DNA of 64,000 bases from the human T2T-CHM13v2.0 reference genome, Homo sapiens, in NCBI RefSeq assembly GCF_009914755.1, contig NC_060943.1. One strand, written 5' to 3'. A program made the position numbers and the translations under genes. Positions 26,701-39,700 of this stretch are shown here, piece by piece. The notes under the pieces are model-generated. The model worked only from the letters and a program-made list of their open reading frames with translations, was not told where the DNA came from and ran no database searches. Each line of letters starts with the position of its first letter. Position 1 is the first letter of the stretch.

Positions 26701-29700
26701 CTTTTCATAGAGCAGTTGGGAAACACTCTGTTTGTAAAGTCTGCAATTGGATATTCAGACATCCTTGAGGCTTTCGTTGGAAACGGGATTTCTTCATATT
26801 CTGCTAGAAAGAAGAATTCTCAGTAACTTCCTTGTGTTGTGTGTATTCAACTCACAGAGTTGCACGATCCTTTACACAGAGCAGACTTGAAACACTCTTT
26901 TTGTGGAATTTGCAAGTGGAGATTTCAGCCGCTTTGAGTTCAATGGTAGAATAGGAAATATCTTCCTATAGAAACTAGACAGAATGATTCTCAGAAACTC
27001 CTTTGTGATGTGTGCGTTCAACTCACAGAGTTCAACCTTTCCTTTCATAGAGCAGTTGGGAAACACTCTGTTTGTAAAGTCTGCAAGTGGATATTCAGAC
27101 TTCTTTGAGGCCTTCGTTGGAAGCGGGATTTCTTCATGTTCTGCTAGACAGAAGAATTCTCAGAAACTTCCTTGTGTTGTGTGTTTTCAACTCACAGAGT
27201 TGAACGATCCTTTACACAGAGCAGACTTGAAACACTCCTTTTGTGGAATTTGCAAGTGGAGATTTCAGCCGCTTTGAGGTCAATGGTAGAATAGGAAATA
27301 TCTTCCTATAGAAACTAGACAGAATGATTCTGAGAAATCCTTTGTGATGTGTGCGTTCAACTCACAGAGTTTAACCTTTCTTTTCATAGAGCAGTTAGGA
27401 AACACTCTGTTTTTAAAGTCTTCAAGTGGATATTCAGACCTCCTTGAGGCCTTCGTTGGAAACGGGATTTCTTCATATTATGCTAGACAGAGGAATTCTC
27501 AGGAACTCCCTTGTGTTGTGTGTATTCAACTCACAGAGTTGAACGATCCTTTACACAGAGCAGACTTGAAACACTCTTTTTGTGGAATTTGCAAGTGGAG
27601 ATTTCAGCCGCTTTGAGTTCAATGGTAGAATAGGAAATATCTTCCTATAGAAAGTACACAGAATGATTCTCAGAAACTGCTTTGTGATGTGTGCGTTCAA
27701 CTCACAGAGTTCAACCTTTCTTTTCATAGAGCAGTTGGGAAACACTCTGTTTGTAAAGTCTGCAAGTGGATATTCAGACTTCTTTGAGGCCTTCGTTGGA
27801 AGCGGGATTTCTTCATGTTCTGCTAGACAGAAGAATTCTCAGAAACTTCCTTGTGTTGTGTGTTTTCAACTCACAGAGTTGAACGATCCTTTACACAGAG
27901 CAGACTTGAAACACTCCTTTTGTGGAATTTGCAAGTGGAGATTTCAGCCGCTTTGAGGTCAATGGTAGAATAGGAAATATCTTCCTATAGAAAGTAGACA
28001 GAATGATTCTCAGAAACTCCTTTGTGATGTGTGCGTTCAACTCACAGAGTTTAACCTTTCTTTTCATAGAGCAGTTAGGAAACACTCTGTTTGTAAAGTC
28101 TGCAAGTGGATATTCAGACCTCCTTGAGGCCTTCGTTGGAAACAGGATTTCTTCATATTCTGCTAGACAGAAGAATTCTCAGTAACTTCCTTGTGTTGTG
28201 TGTATTCAACTCACAGAGTTGAACGATCCTTTACACAGAGCAGACTTCAAACACTCTTTTTGTGGAATTTGCAAGTGGAGATTTCAGCCGCTTTGAGTTC
28301 AATGGTAGAATAGGAAATATCTTCCTATAGAAACTAGACAGAATGATTCTCAGAAACTCCTTTGTGATGTGTGCGTTCAACTCACAGAGTTCAACCTTTC
28401 TTTTCATAGAGCAGTTGGGAAACACTCTGTTTGTAAAGTCTGCAAGTGGATATTCAGACTTCTTTGAGGCCTTCGTTGGAAGCGGGATTTCTTCATATTC
28501 TGCTAGACAGAAGAATTCTCAGTAACTGCCTTGTGTTGTGTGTATTCAACTCACAGAGTTGAACGATCCTTTACACAGAGCAGACTTGAAACACTCTTTT
28601 TGTGGAATTTGCAAGTGGAGATTTCAGCCGCTTTGAGGTCAATGGTAGAATAGGAAATATCTTCCTATAGAAACTAGACAGAATGATTCTCAGAAACTCC
28701 TTTGTGATGTGTGCGTTCAACTCACAGAGTTCAACCTTTCTTTTCATAGAGCAGTTGGGAAACACTCTGTTTGTAAAGTCTGCAAGTGGATATTCAGACT
28801 TCTTTGAGGCCTTCGTTGGAAGCGGGATTTCTTCATATTCTGCTAGACAGAAGAATTCTCAGTAACTGCCTTGTGTTGTGTGTATTCAACTCACAGAGTT
28901 GAACGATCCTTTACACAGAGCAGACTTGAAACACTCTTTTTGTGGAATTTGCAAGTGGAGATTTCAGCCGCTTTGAGGTCAATGGTAGAATAGGAAATAT
29001 CTTCCTATAGAAACTAGACAGAATGATTCTCAGAAACTCCTTTGTGATGTGTGCGTTCAACTCACAGAGTTTAACCTTTCTTTTCATAGAGCAGTTAGGA
29101 AACACTCTGTTTGTAAAGTCTGCAAGTGGATATTCAGACATCCTTGAGGCTTTCGTTGGAAACGGGATTTCTTCATATTCTGCTAGAAAGAAGAATTCTC
29201 AGTAACTTCCTTGTGTTGTGTGTATTCAACTCACAGAGTTGAACGATCCTTTACACAGAGCAGACTTGAAACACTCTTTTTGTGGAATTTGCAAGTGGAG
29301 ATTTCAGCCGCTTTGAGGTCAATGGTAGAATAGGAAATATCTTCCTATAGAAACTAGACAGAATGATTCTCAGAAACTCCTTTGTGATGTGTGCGTTCAA
29401 CTCACAGAGTTCAACCTTTCTTTTCATAGAGCAGTTTGGAAACACTCTGTTTGTAAAGTCTGCAAGTGGATATTCAGACTTCTTTGAGGCCTTCGTTGGA
29501 AGCGGGATTTCTTCATATTCTGCTAGACAGAAGAATTCTCAGTAACTGCCTTGTGTTGTGTGTATTCAACTCACAGAGTTGAACGATCCTTTACACAGAG
29601 CAGACTTGAAACACTCTTTTTGTGGAATTTGCAAGTGGAGATTTCAGCCGCTTTGAGGTCAATGGTAGAATAGGAAATATCTTCCTATAGAAACTAGACA

Positions 29701-32700
29701 GAATGATTCTCAGAAACTCCTTTGTGATGTGTGCGTTCAACTCACAGAGTTTACCCTTTCTTTTCATAGAGCAGTTAGGAAACACTCTGTTTGTAAAGTC
29801 TGCAAGTGGATATTCAGACATCCTTGAGGCTTTCGTTGGAAACGGGATTTCTTCATATTCTGCCAGAAAGAAGAATTCTCAGTAACTTCCTTGTGTTGTG
29901 TGTATTCAACTCACAGAGTTGAACGATCCTTTACACAGAGCAGACTTGAAACACTCTTTTTGTGGAATTTGCAAGTGGAGATTTCAGCCGCTTTGAGGTC
30001 AATGGTAGAATAGGAAATATCTTCCTATAGAAACTAGACAGAATGATTCTCAGAAACTCCTTTGTGATGTGTGCGTTCAACTCACAGAGTTCAACCTTTC
30101 TTTTCATAGAGCAGTTGGGAAACACTCTGTTTGTAAAGTCTGCAAGTGGATATTCAGACTTCTTTGAGGCCTTCGTTGGAAGCGGGATTTCTTCATGTTC
30201 TGCTAGACAGAAGAATTCTCAGTAACTGCCTTGTGTTGTGTGTATTCAACTCACAGAGTTGAACGATCCTTTACACAGAGCAGACTTGAAACACTCCTTT
30301 TGTGGAATTTGCAAGTGGAGATTTCAGCCGCTTTGAGGTCAATGGTAGAATAGGAAATATCTTCCTATAGAAACTAGACAGAATGATTCTCAGAAACTCC
30401 TTTGTGATGTGTGCGTTCAACTCACAGAGTTTAACCTTTCTTTTCATAGAGCAGTTAGGAAACACTCTGTTTGTAAAGTCTGCAAGTGGATATTCAGACA
30501 TCCTTGAGGCTTTCGTTGGAAACGGGATTTCTTCATATTCTGCTAGAAAGAAGAATTCTCAGTAACTTCCTTGTGTTGTGTGTATTCAACTCACAGAGTT
30601 GAACGATCCTTTACACAGAGCAGACTTGAAACACTCTTTTTGTGGAATTTGCAAGTGGAGATTTCAGCCGCTTTGAGGTCAATGGTAGAATAGGAAATAT
30701 CTTCCTATAGAAACTAGACAGAATGATTCTCAGAAACTCCTTTGTGATGTGTGCGTTCAACTCACAGAGTTTAACCTTTCTTTTCATAGAGCAGTTGGGA
30801 AACACTCTGTTTGTAAAGTCTGCAAGTGGATATTCAGACATCCTTGAGGCTTTCGTTGGAAACGGGATTTCTTCATATTCTGCTAGAAAGAAGAATTCTC
30901 AGTAACTTCCTTGTGTTGTGTGAATTCAACTCACAGAGTTGAACGATCCTTTACACAGAGCAGACTTGAAACACTCTTTTTGTGGAATTTGCAAGTGGAG
31001 ATTTCAGCCGCTTTGAGTTCAATGGTAGAATAGGAAATATCTTCCTATAGAAACTAGACAGAATGATTCTCAGAAACTCCTTTGTGATGTGTGCGTTCAA
31101 CTCACAGAGTTCAACCTTTCTTTTCATAGAGCAGTTGGGAAACACTCTGTTTGTAAAGTCTGCAAGTGGATATTCAGACTTCTTTGAGGCCTTCGTTGGA
31201 AGCGGGATTTCTTCATGTTCTGCTAGACAGAAGAATTCTTAGAAACTTCCTTGTGTTGTGTGTTTTCAACTCACAGAGTTGAACGATCCTTTACACAGAG
31301 CAGACTTGAAACACTCCTTTTGTGGAATTTGCAAGTGGAGATTTCAGCCGCTTTGAGGTCAATGGTAGAATAGGAAATATCTTCCTATAGAAAGTAGACA
31401 GAATGATTCTCAGAAACTCCTTTGTGATGTGTGCGTTCAACTCACAGAGTTTAACCTTTCTTTTCATAGAGCAGTTAGGAAACACTCTGTTTGTAAAGTC
31501 TGCAAGTGGATATTCAGACCTCCTTGAGGCCTTCGTTGGAAACGGGATTTCTTCATATTCTGCTAGACAGAAGAATTCTCAGTAACTTCCTTGTGTTGTG
31601 TGTATTCAACTCACAGAGTTGAACGATCCTTTACACAGAGCAGACTTGAAACACTCTTTTTGTGGAATTTGCAAGTGGAGATTTCAGCCGCTTTGAGGTC
31701 AATGGTAGAATAAGAAATATCTTCCTATAGAAACTAGACAGAATGATTCTCAGAAACTCCTTTGTGATGTGTGCGTTCAACTCACAGAGTTCAACCTTTC
31801 TTTTCATAGAGCAGTTAGGAAACACTCTGTTTGTAAAGTCTGCAAGTGGATATGCAGACATCCTTGAGGCTTTCGTTGGAAACGGGATTTCTTCATATTA
31901 TGCTAGAAAGAAGAATTCTCAGTAACTTCCTTGTGTTGTGTGTATTCAACTCACAGAGTTGAACGATCCTTTACACAGAGCAGACTTGAAACACTCTTTT
32001 TGTGGAATTTGCAAGTGGAGATTTCAGCCGCTTTGAGGTCAATGGTAGAATAGGAAATATCTTCCTATAGAAACTAGACAGAATGATTCTCAGAAACTCC
32101 TTTGTGATGTGTGCGTTCAACTCACAGAGTTTAACCTTTCTTTTCATAGAGCAGTTGGGAAACACTCTGTTTGTAAAGTCTGCAATTGGATATTCAGACA
32201 TCCTTGAGGCTTTCGTTGGAAACGGGATTTCTTCATATTCTGCTAGAAAGAAGAATTCTCAGTAACTTCCTTGTGTTGTGTGTATTCAACTCACAGAGTT
32301 GCACGATCCTTTACACAGAGCAGACTTGAAACACTCTTTTTGTGGAATTTGCAAGTGGAGATTTCAGCCGCTTTGAGTTCAATGGTAGAATAGGAAATAT
32401 CTTCCTATAGAAACTAGACAGAATGATTCTCAGAAACTCCTTTGTGATGTGTGCGTTCAACTCACAGAGTTCAACCTTTCCTTTCATAGAGCAGTTGGGA
32501 AACACTCTGTTTGTAAAGTCTGCAAGTGGATATTCAGACTTCTTTGAGGCCTTCGTTGGAAGCGGGATTTCTTCATGTTCTGCTAGACAGAAGAATTCTC
32601 AGAAACTTCCTTGTGTTGTGTGTTTTCAACTCACAGAGTTGAACGATCCTTTACACAGAGCAGACTTGAAACACTCCTTTTGTGGAATTTGCAAGTGGAG

Positions 32701-34470
32701 ATTTCAGCCGCTTTGAGGTCAATGGTAGAATAGGAAATATCTTCCTATAGAAACTAGACAGAATGATTCTGAGAAATCCTTTGTGATGTGTGCGTTCAAC
32801 TCACAGAGTTTAACCTTTCTTTTCATAGAGCAGTTAGGAAACACTCTGTTTTTAAAGTCTTCAAGTGGATATTCAGACCTCCTTGAGGCCTTCGTTGGAA
32901 ACGGGATTTCTTCATATTATGCTAGACAGAGGAATTCTCAGGAACTCCCTTGTGTTGTGTGTATTCAACTCACAGAGTTGAACGATCCTTTACACAGAGC
33001 AGACTTGAAACACTCTTTTTGTGGAATTTGCAAGTGGAGATTTCAGCCGCTTTGAGTTCAATGGTAGAATAGGAAATATCTTCCTATAGAAAGTACACAG
33101 AATGATTCTCAGAAACTGCTTTGTGATGTGTGCGTTCAACTCACAGAGTTCAACCTTTCTTTTCATAGAGCAGTTGGGAAACACTCTGTTTGTAAAGTCT
33201 GCAAGTGGATATTCAGACTTCTTTGAGGCCTTCGTTGGAAGCGGGATTTCTTCATGTTCTGCTAGACAGAAGAATTCTCAGAAACTTCCTTGTGTTGTGT
33301 GTTTTCAACTCACAGAGTTGAACGATCCTTTACACAGAGCAGACTTGAAACACTCCTTTTGTGGAATTTGCAAGTGGAGATTTCAGCCGCTTTGAGGTCA
33401 ATGGTAGAATAGGAAATATCTTCCTATAGAAAGTAGACAGAATGATTCTCAGAAACTCCTTTGTGATGTGTGCGTTCAACTCACAGAGTTTAACCTTTCT
33501 TTTCATAGAGCAGTTAGGAAACACTCTGTTTGTAAAGTCTGCAAGTGGATATTCAGACCTCCTTGAGGCCTTCGTTGGAAACAGGATTTCTTCATATTCT
33601 GCTAGACAGAAGAATTCTCAGTAACTTCCTTGTGTTGTGTGTATTCAACTCACAGAGTTGAACGATCCTTTACACAGAGCAGACTTCAAACACTCTTTTT
33701 GTGGAATTTGCAAGTGGAGATTTCAGCCGCTTTGAGTTCAATGGTAGAATAGGAAATATCTTCCTATAGAAACTAGACAGAATGATTCTCAGAAACTCCT
33801 TTGTGATGTGTGCGTTCAACTCACAGAGTTCAACCTTTCTTTTCATAGAGCAGTTGGGAAACACTCTGTTTGTAAAGTCTGCAAGTGGATATTCAGACTT
33901 CTTTGAGGCCTTCGTTGGAAGCGGGATTTCTTCATATTCTGCTAGACAGAAGAATTCTCAGTAACTGCCTTGTGTTGTGTGTATTCAACTCACAGAGTTG
34001 AACGATCCTTTACACAGAGCAGACTTGAAACACTCTTTTTGTGGAATTTGCAAGTGGAGATTTCAGCCGCTTTGAGGTCAATGGTAGAATAGGAAATATC
34101 TTCCTATAGAAACTAGACAGAATGATTCTCAGAAACTCCTTTGTGATGTGTGCGTTCAACTCACAGAGTTCAACCTTTCTTTTCATAGAGCAGTTGGGAA
34201 ACACTCTGTTTGTAAAGTCTGCAAGTGGATATTCAGACTTCTTTGAGGCCTTCGTTGGAAGCGGGATTTCTTCATATTCTGCTAGACAGAAGAATTCTCA
34301 GTAACTGCCTTGTGTTGTGTGTATTCAACTCACAGAGTTGAACGATCCTTTACACAGAGCAGACTTGAAACACTCTTTTTGTGGAATTTGCAAGTGGAGA
34401 TTTCAGCCGCTTTGAGGTCAATGGTAGAATAGGAAATATCTTCCTATAGAAACTAGACAGAATGATTCTC
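23797..34470 (+). repeat. 16-dimer (5439-bp) near-perfect tandem duplication (second copy ~15 dimers)
   Basis: Markers at offset 5439: CAGTTTGG, TTTACCC, extra EcoRI 25483/30922, ATAAGAAA 26274/31713, ATATGCAG, GTTGCACG, the deletion dimer ~27337/32776, GGAACTCCC, the CAGG box 28131/33570 and CTTCAAAC. Confidence 0.92.
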
Positions 34471-36799
34471 AGAAACTTCTTTGTGATGTGTGCGTTCAAC
34501 TCACACAGTTTAACCTTTCTTTTCATAGAGCAGTTAGGAAACACTCTGTTTGTAAAGTCTGCATGTGGATATTCAGACCTCCTTGAGGCCTTCGTTGGAA
34601 ACGGGATTTCTTCATATTCTGCTAGAAAGAAGAATTCTCAGTAACTTCCTTGTGTTGTGTGTATTCAACTCACAGAGTTGAACGATCCTTTACACAGAGC
34701 AGACTTGAAACACTCTTTTTGTGGAATTTGCAAGTGGATATTTCAGCCGCTTTGAGTTCAATGGTAGAATAGGAAATATCTTCCTATAGAAACTAGACAG
34801 AATGATTCTCAGAAACTCCTTTGTGATGTGTGCGTTCAACTCACAGAGTTCAACCTTTCTTTTCATAGAGCAGTTGGGAAACACTCTGTTTGTAAAGTCT
34901 GCAAGTGGATATTCAGACTTCTTTGAGGCCTTCGTTGGAAGCGGGATTTCTTCATGTTCTGCTAGACAGAAGAATTCTCAGAAACTTCCTTGTGTTGTGT
35001 GTTTTCAACTCACAGAGTTGAACGATCCTTTACACAGAGCAGACTTGAAACACTCCTTTTGTGGAATTTGCAAGTGGAGATTTCAGCCGCTTTGAGGTCA
35101 ATGGTAGAATAGGAAATATCTTCCTATAGAAAGTAGACAGAATGATTCTCAGAAACTCCTTTGTGATGTGTGCGTTCAACTCACAGAGTTTAACCTTTCT
35201 TTTCATAGAGCAGTTAGGAAACACTCTGTTTGTAAAGTCTGCAAGTGGATATTCAGACCTCCTTGAGGCCTTCGTTGGAAGCGGGATTTCTTCATGTTCA
35301 GCTAGACAGAAGAATTCTCAGAAACTTCCTTGTGTTGTGTGTTTTCAACTCACAGAGTTGAACGATCCTTTACACAGAGCAGACTTGAAACACTCCTTTT
35401 GTGGAATTTGCAAGTGGAGATTTCAGCCGCTTTGAGGTCAATGGTAGAATAGGAAATATCTTCCTATAGAAACTAGACAGAATGATTCTGAGAAATCCTT
35501 TGTGATGTGTGCGTTCAACTCACAGAGTTTAACCTTTCTTTTCATAGAGCAGTTAGTAAACACTCTGTTTTTAAAGTCTTCAAGTGGATATTCAGACCTC
35601 CTTGAGGCCTTCTTTGGAAACGGGATTTCTTCATATTATGCTAGACAGAGGAATTCTCAGGAACTTCCTTGTGTTGTGTGTATTCAACTCACAGAGTTGA
35701 ACGATCCTTTACACAGAGCAGACTTGAAACACTCTTTTTGTGGAATTTGCAAGTGGAGATTTCAGCCGCTTTGAGTTCAAAGGTAGAATAGGAAATATCT
35801 TCCTATAGAAAGTACACAGAATGATTCTCAGAAACTCCTTTGTGATGTGTGCGTTCAACTCACAGAGTTCAACCTTTCTTTTCATAGAGCAGTTGGGAAA
35901 CACTCTGTTTGTAAAGTCTGCAAGTGGATATTCAGACTTCTTTGAGGCCTTCGTTGGAAGCGGGATTTCTTCATATTCTGCTAGACAGAAGAATTCTCAG
36001 TAACTTCCTTGTGTTGTGTGTATTCAACTCACAGAGTTGAACGATCCTTTACACAGAGCAGACTTGAAACACTCTTTTTGTGGAATTTGCAAGTGGAGAT
36101 TTCAGCCGCTTTGAGGTCAATGGTAGAATAGGAAATATCTTCCTATAGAAACTAGACAGAATGATTCTCAGAAACTCCTTTGTGATGTGTGCGTTCAACT
36201 CACAGAGTTCAACCTTTCTTTTCATAGAGCAGTTGGGAAACACTCTGTTTGTAAAGTCTGCAAGTGGATATTCAGACTTCTTTGAGGGCTTCGTTGGAAG
36301 CGGGATTTCTTCATATTCTGCTAGACAGAAGAATTCTCAGTAACTGCCTTGTGTTGTGTGTATTCAACTCACAGAGTTGAACGATCCTTTACACAGAGCA
36401 GACTTGAAACACTCTTTTTGTGGAATTTGCAAGTGGAGATTTCAGCCGCTTTGAGGTCAATGGTAGAATAGGAAATATCTTCCTATAGAAACTAGACAGA
36501 ATGATTCTCAGAAACTCCTTTGTGATGTGTGCGTTCAACTCACAGAGTTTAACCTTTCTTTTCATAGAGCAGTTAGGAAACACTCTGTTTGTAAAGTCTG
36601 CAAGTGGATATTCAGACCTCCTTGAGGCCTTCGTTGGAAACGGGATTTCTTCATATTATGCTAGACAGAAGAATTCTCAGTAACTTCCTTGTGTTGTGTG
36701 TATTCAACTCACAGAGTTGAACGATCCTTTACACAGAGCAGACTTGAAACACTCTTTTTGTGGAATTTGCAAGTGGATATTTCAGCCGCTTTGAGTTCA

Positions 36800-39700
36800 A
36801 TGGTAGAATAGGAAATATCTTCCTATAGAAACTAGACAGAATGATTCTCAGAAACTCCTTTGTGATGTGTGCGTTCAACTCACAGAGTTCAACCTTTCTT
36901 TTCATAGAGCAGTTGGGAAACACTCTGTTTGTAAAGTCTGCAAGTGGATATTCAGACTTCTTTGAGGCCTTCGTTGGAAGCGGGATTTCTTCATATTCTG
37001 CTAGACAGAAGAATTCTCAGAAACTTCCTTGTGTTGTGTGTTTTCAACTCACAGAGTTGAACGATCCTTTACACAGAGCAGACTTGAAACACTCCTTTTG
37101 TGGAATTTGCAAGTGGAGATTTCAGCCGCTTTGAGGTCAATGGTAGAATAGGAAATATCTTCCTATAGAAACTAGACAGAATGATTCTCAGAAACTCCTT
37201 TGTGATGTGTGCGTTCAACTCACAGAGTTTAACCTTTCTTTTCATAGAGCAGTTAGGAAACACTCTGTTTGTAAAGTCTGCAAGTGGATATTCAGACCTC
37301 CTTGAGGCCTTCGTTGGAAGCGGGATTTCTTCATGTTCAGCTAGACAGAAGAATTCTCAGAAACTTCCTTGTGTTGTGTGTTTTCAACTCACAGAGTTGA
37401 ACGATCCTTTACACAGAGCAGACTTGAAACACTCTTTTTGTGGAATTTGCAAGTGGAGATTTCAGCCGCTTTGAGGTCAATGGTAGAATAGGAAATATCT
37501 TCCTATAGAAAGTAGACAGAATGATTCTCAGAAACTCCTTTGTGATGTGTGCGTTCAACTCACAGAGTTCAACCTTTCTTTTCATAGAGCAGTTGGGAAA
37601 CACTCTGTTTGTAAAGTCTGCAAGTGGATATTCAGACTTCTTTGAGGCCTTCGTTGGAAGCGGGATTTCTTCATGTTCTGCTAGACAGAAGAATTCTCAG
37701 AAACTTCCTTGTGTTGTGTGTTTTCAACTCACAGAGTTGAACGATCCTTTACACAGAGCAGACTTGAAACACTCCTTTTGTGGAATTTGCAAGTGGAGAT
37801 TTCAGCCGCTTTGAGGTCAATGGTAGAATAGGAAATATCTTCCTATAGAAAGTAGACAGAATGATTCTCAGAAACTCCTTTGTGATGTGTGCGTTCAACT
37901 CACAGAGTTTAACCTTTCTTTTCATAGAGCAGTTAGGAAACACTCTGTTTGTAAAGTCTGCAAGTGGATATTCAGACCTCCTTGAGGCCTTCGTTGGAAA
38001 CGGGATTTCTTCATATTCTGCTAGACAGAAGAATTCTCAGTAACTTCCTTGTGTTGTGTGCATTCAACTCACAGAGTTGAACGATCCTTTACACAGAGCA
38101 GACTTGAAACACTCTTTTTGTGGAATTTGCAAGTGGAGATTTCAGCCGCTTTGAGTTCAATGGTAGAATAGGAAATATCTTCCTATAGAAACTAGACAGA
38201 ATGATTCTCAGAAACTCCTTTGTGATGTGTGCGTTCAACTCACAGAGTTCAACCTTTCTTTTCATAGAGCAGTTGGGAAACACTCTGTTTGTAAAGTCTG
38301 CAAGTGGATATTCAGACTTCTTTGAGGCCTTCGTTGGAAGCGGGATTTCTTCATGTTCTGCTAGACAGAAGAATTCTTAGAAACTTCCTTGTGTTGTGTG
38401 TTTTCAACTCACAGAGTTGAACGATCCTTTACACAGAGCAGACTTGAAACACTCCTTTTGTGGAATTTGCAAGTGGAGATTTCAGCCGCTTTGAGGTCAA
38501 TGGTAGAATAGGAAATATCTTCCTATAGAAACTAGACAGAATGATTCTCAGAAACTCCTTTGTGATGTGTGCGTTCAACTCACAGAGTTTAACCTTTCTT
38601 TTCATAGAGCAGTTAGGAAACACTCTGTTTGTAAAGTCTGCAAGTGGATATTCAGACATCCTTGAGGCTTTCGTTGGAAACGGGATTTCTTCATATTCTG
38701 CTAGAAAAAAGAATTCTCAGTAACTTCCTTGTGTTGTGTGTATTCAACTCACAGAGTTGAACGATCCTTTACACAGAGCAGACTTGAAACACTCTTTTTG
38801 TGGAATTTGCAAGTGGAGATTTCAGCCGCTTTGAGTTCAATGGTAGAATAGGAAATATCTTCCTATAGAAACTAGACAGAATGATTCTCAGAAACTCCTT
38901 TGTGATGTGTGCGTTCAACTCACAGAGTTCAACCTTTCTTTTCATAGAGCAGTTGGGAAACACTCTGTTTGTAAAGTCTGCAAGTGGATATTCAGACTTC
39001 TTTGAGGCCTTCGTTGGAAGCGGGATTTCTTCATGTTCTGCTAGACAGAAGAATTCTCAGTAACTGCCTTGTGTTGTGTGTATTCAACTCACAGAGTTGA
39101 ACGATCCTTTACACAGAGCAGACTTGAAACACTCCTTTTGTGGAATTTGCAAGTGGAGATTTCAGCCGCTTTGAGGTCAATGGTAGAATAGGAAATATCT
39201 TCCTATAGAAACTAGACAGAATGATTCTCAGAAACTCCTTTGTGATGTGTGCGTTCAACTCACAGAGTTTAACCTTTCTTTTCATAGAGCAGTTAGGAAA
39301 CACTCTGTTTGTAAAGTCTGCAAGTGGATATTCAGACATCCTTGAGGCTTTCGTTGGAAACGGGATTTCTTCATATTCTGCTAGAAAGAAGAATTCTCAG
39401 TAACTTCCTTGTGTTGTGTGTATTCAACTCACAGAGTTGAACGATCCTTTACACAGAGCAGACTTGAAACACTCTTTTTGTGGAATTTGCAAGTGGAGAT
39501 TTCAGCCGCTTTGAGGTCAATGGTAGAATAGGAAATATCTTCCTATAGAAACTAGACAGAATGATTCTCAGAAACTCCTTTGTGATGTGTGCGTTCAACT
39601 CACAGAGTTTAACCTTTCTTTTCATAGAGCAGTTAGGAAACACTCTGTTTGTAAAGTCTGCAAGTGGATATTCAGACATCCTTGAGGCTTTCGTTGGAAA

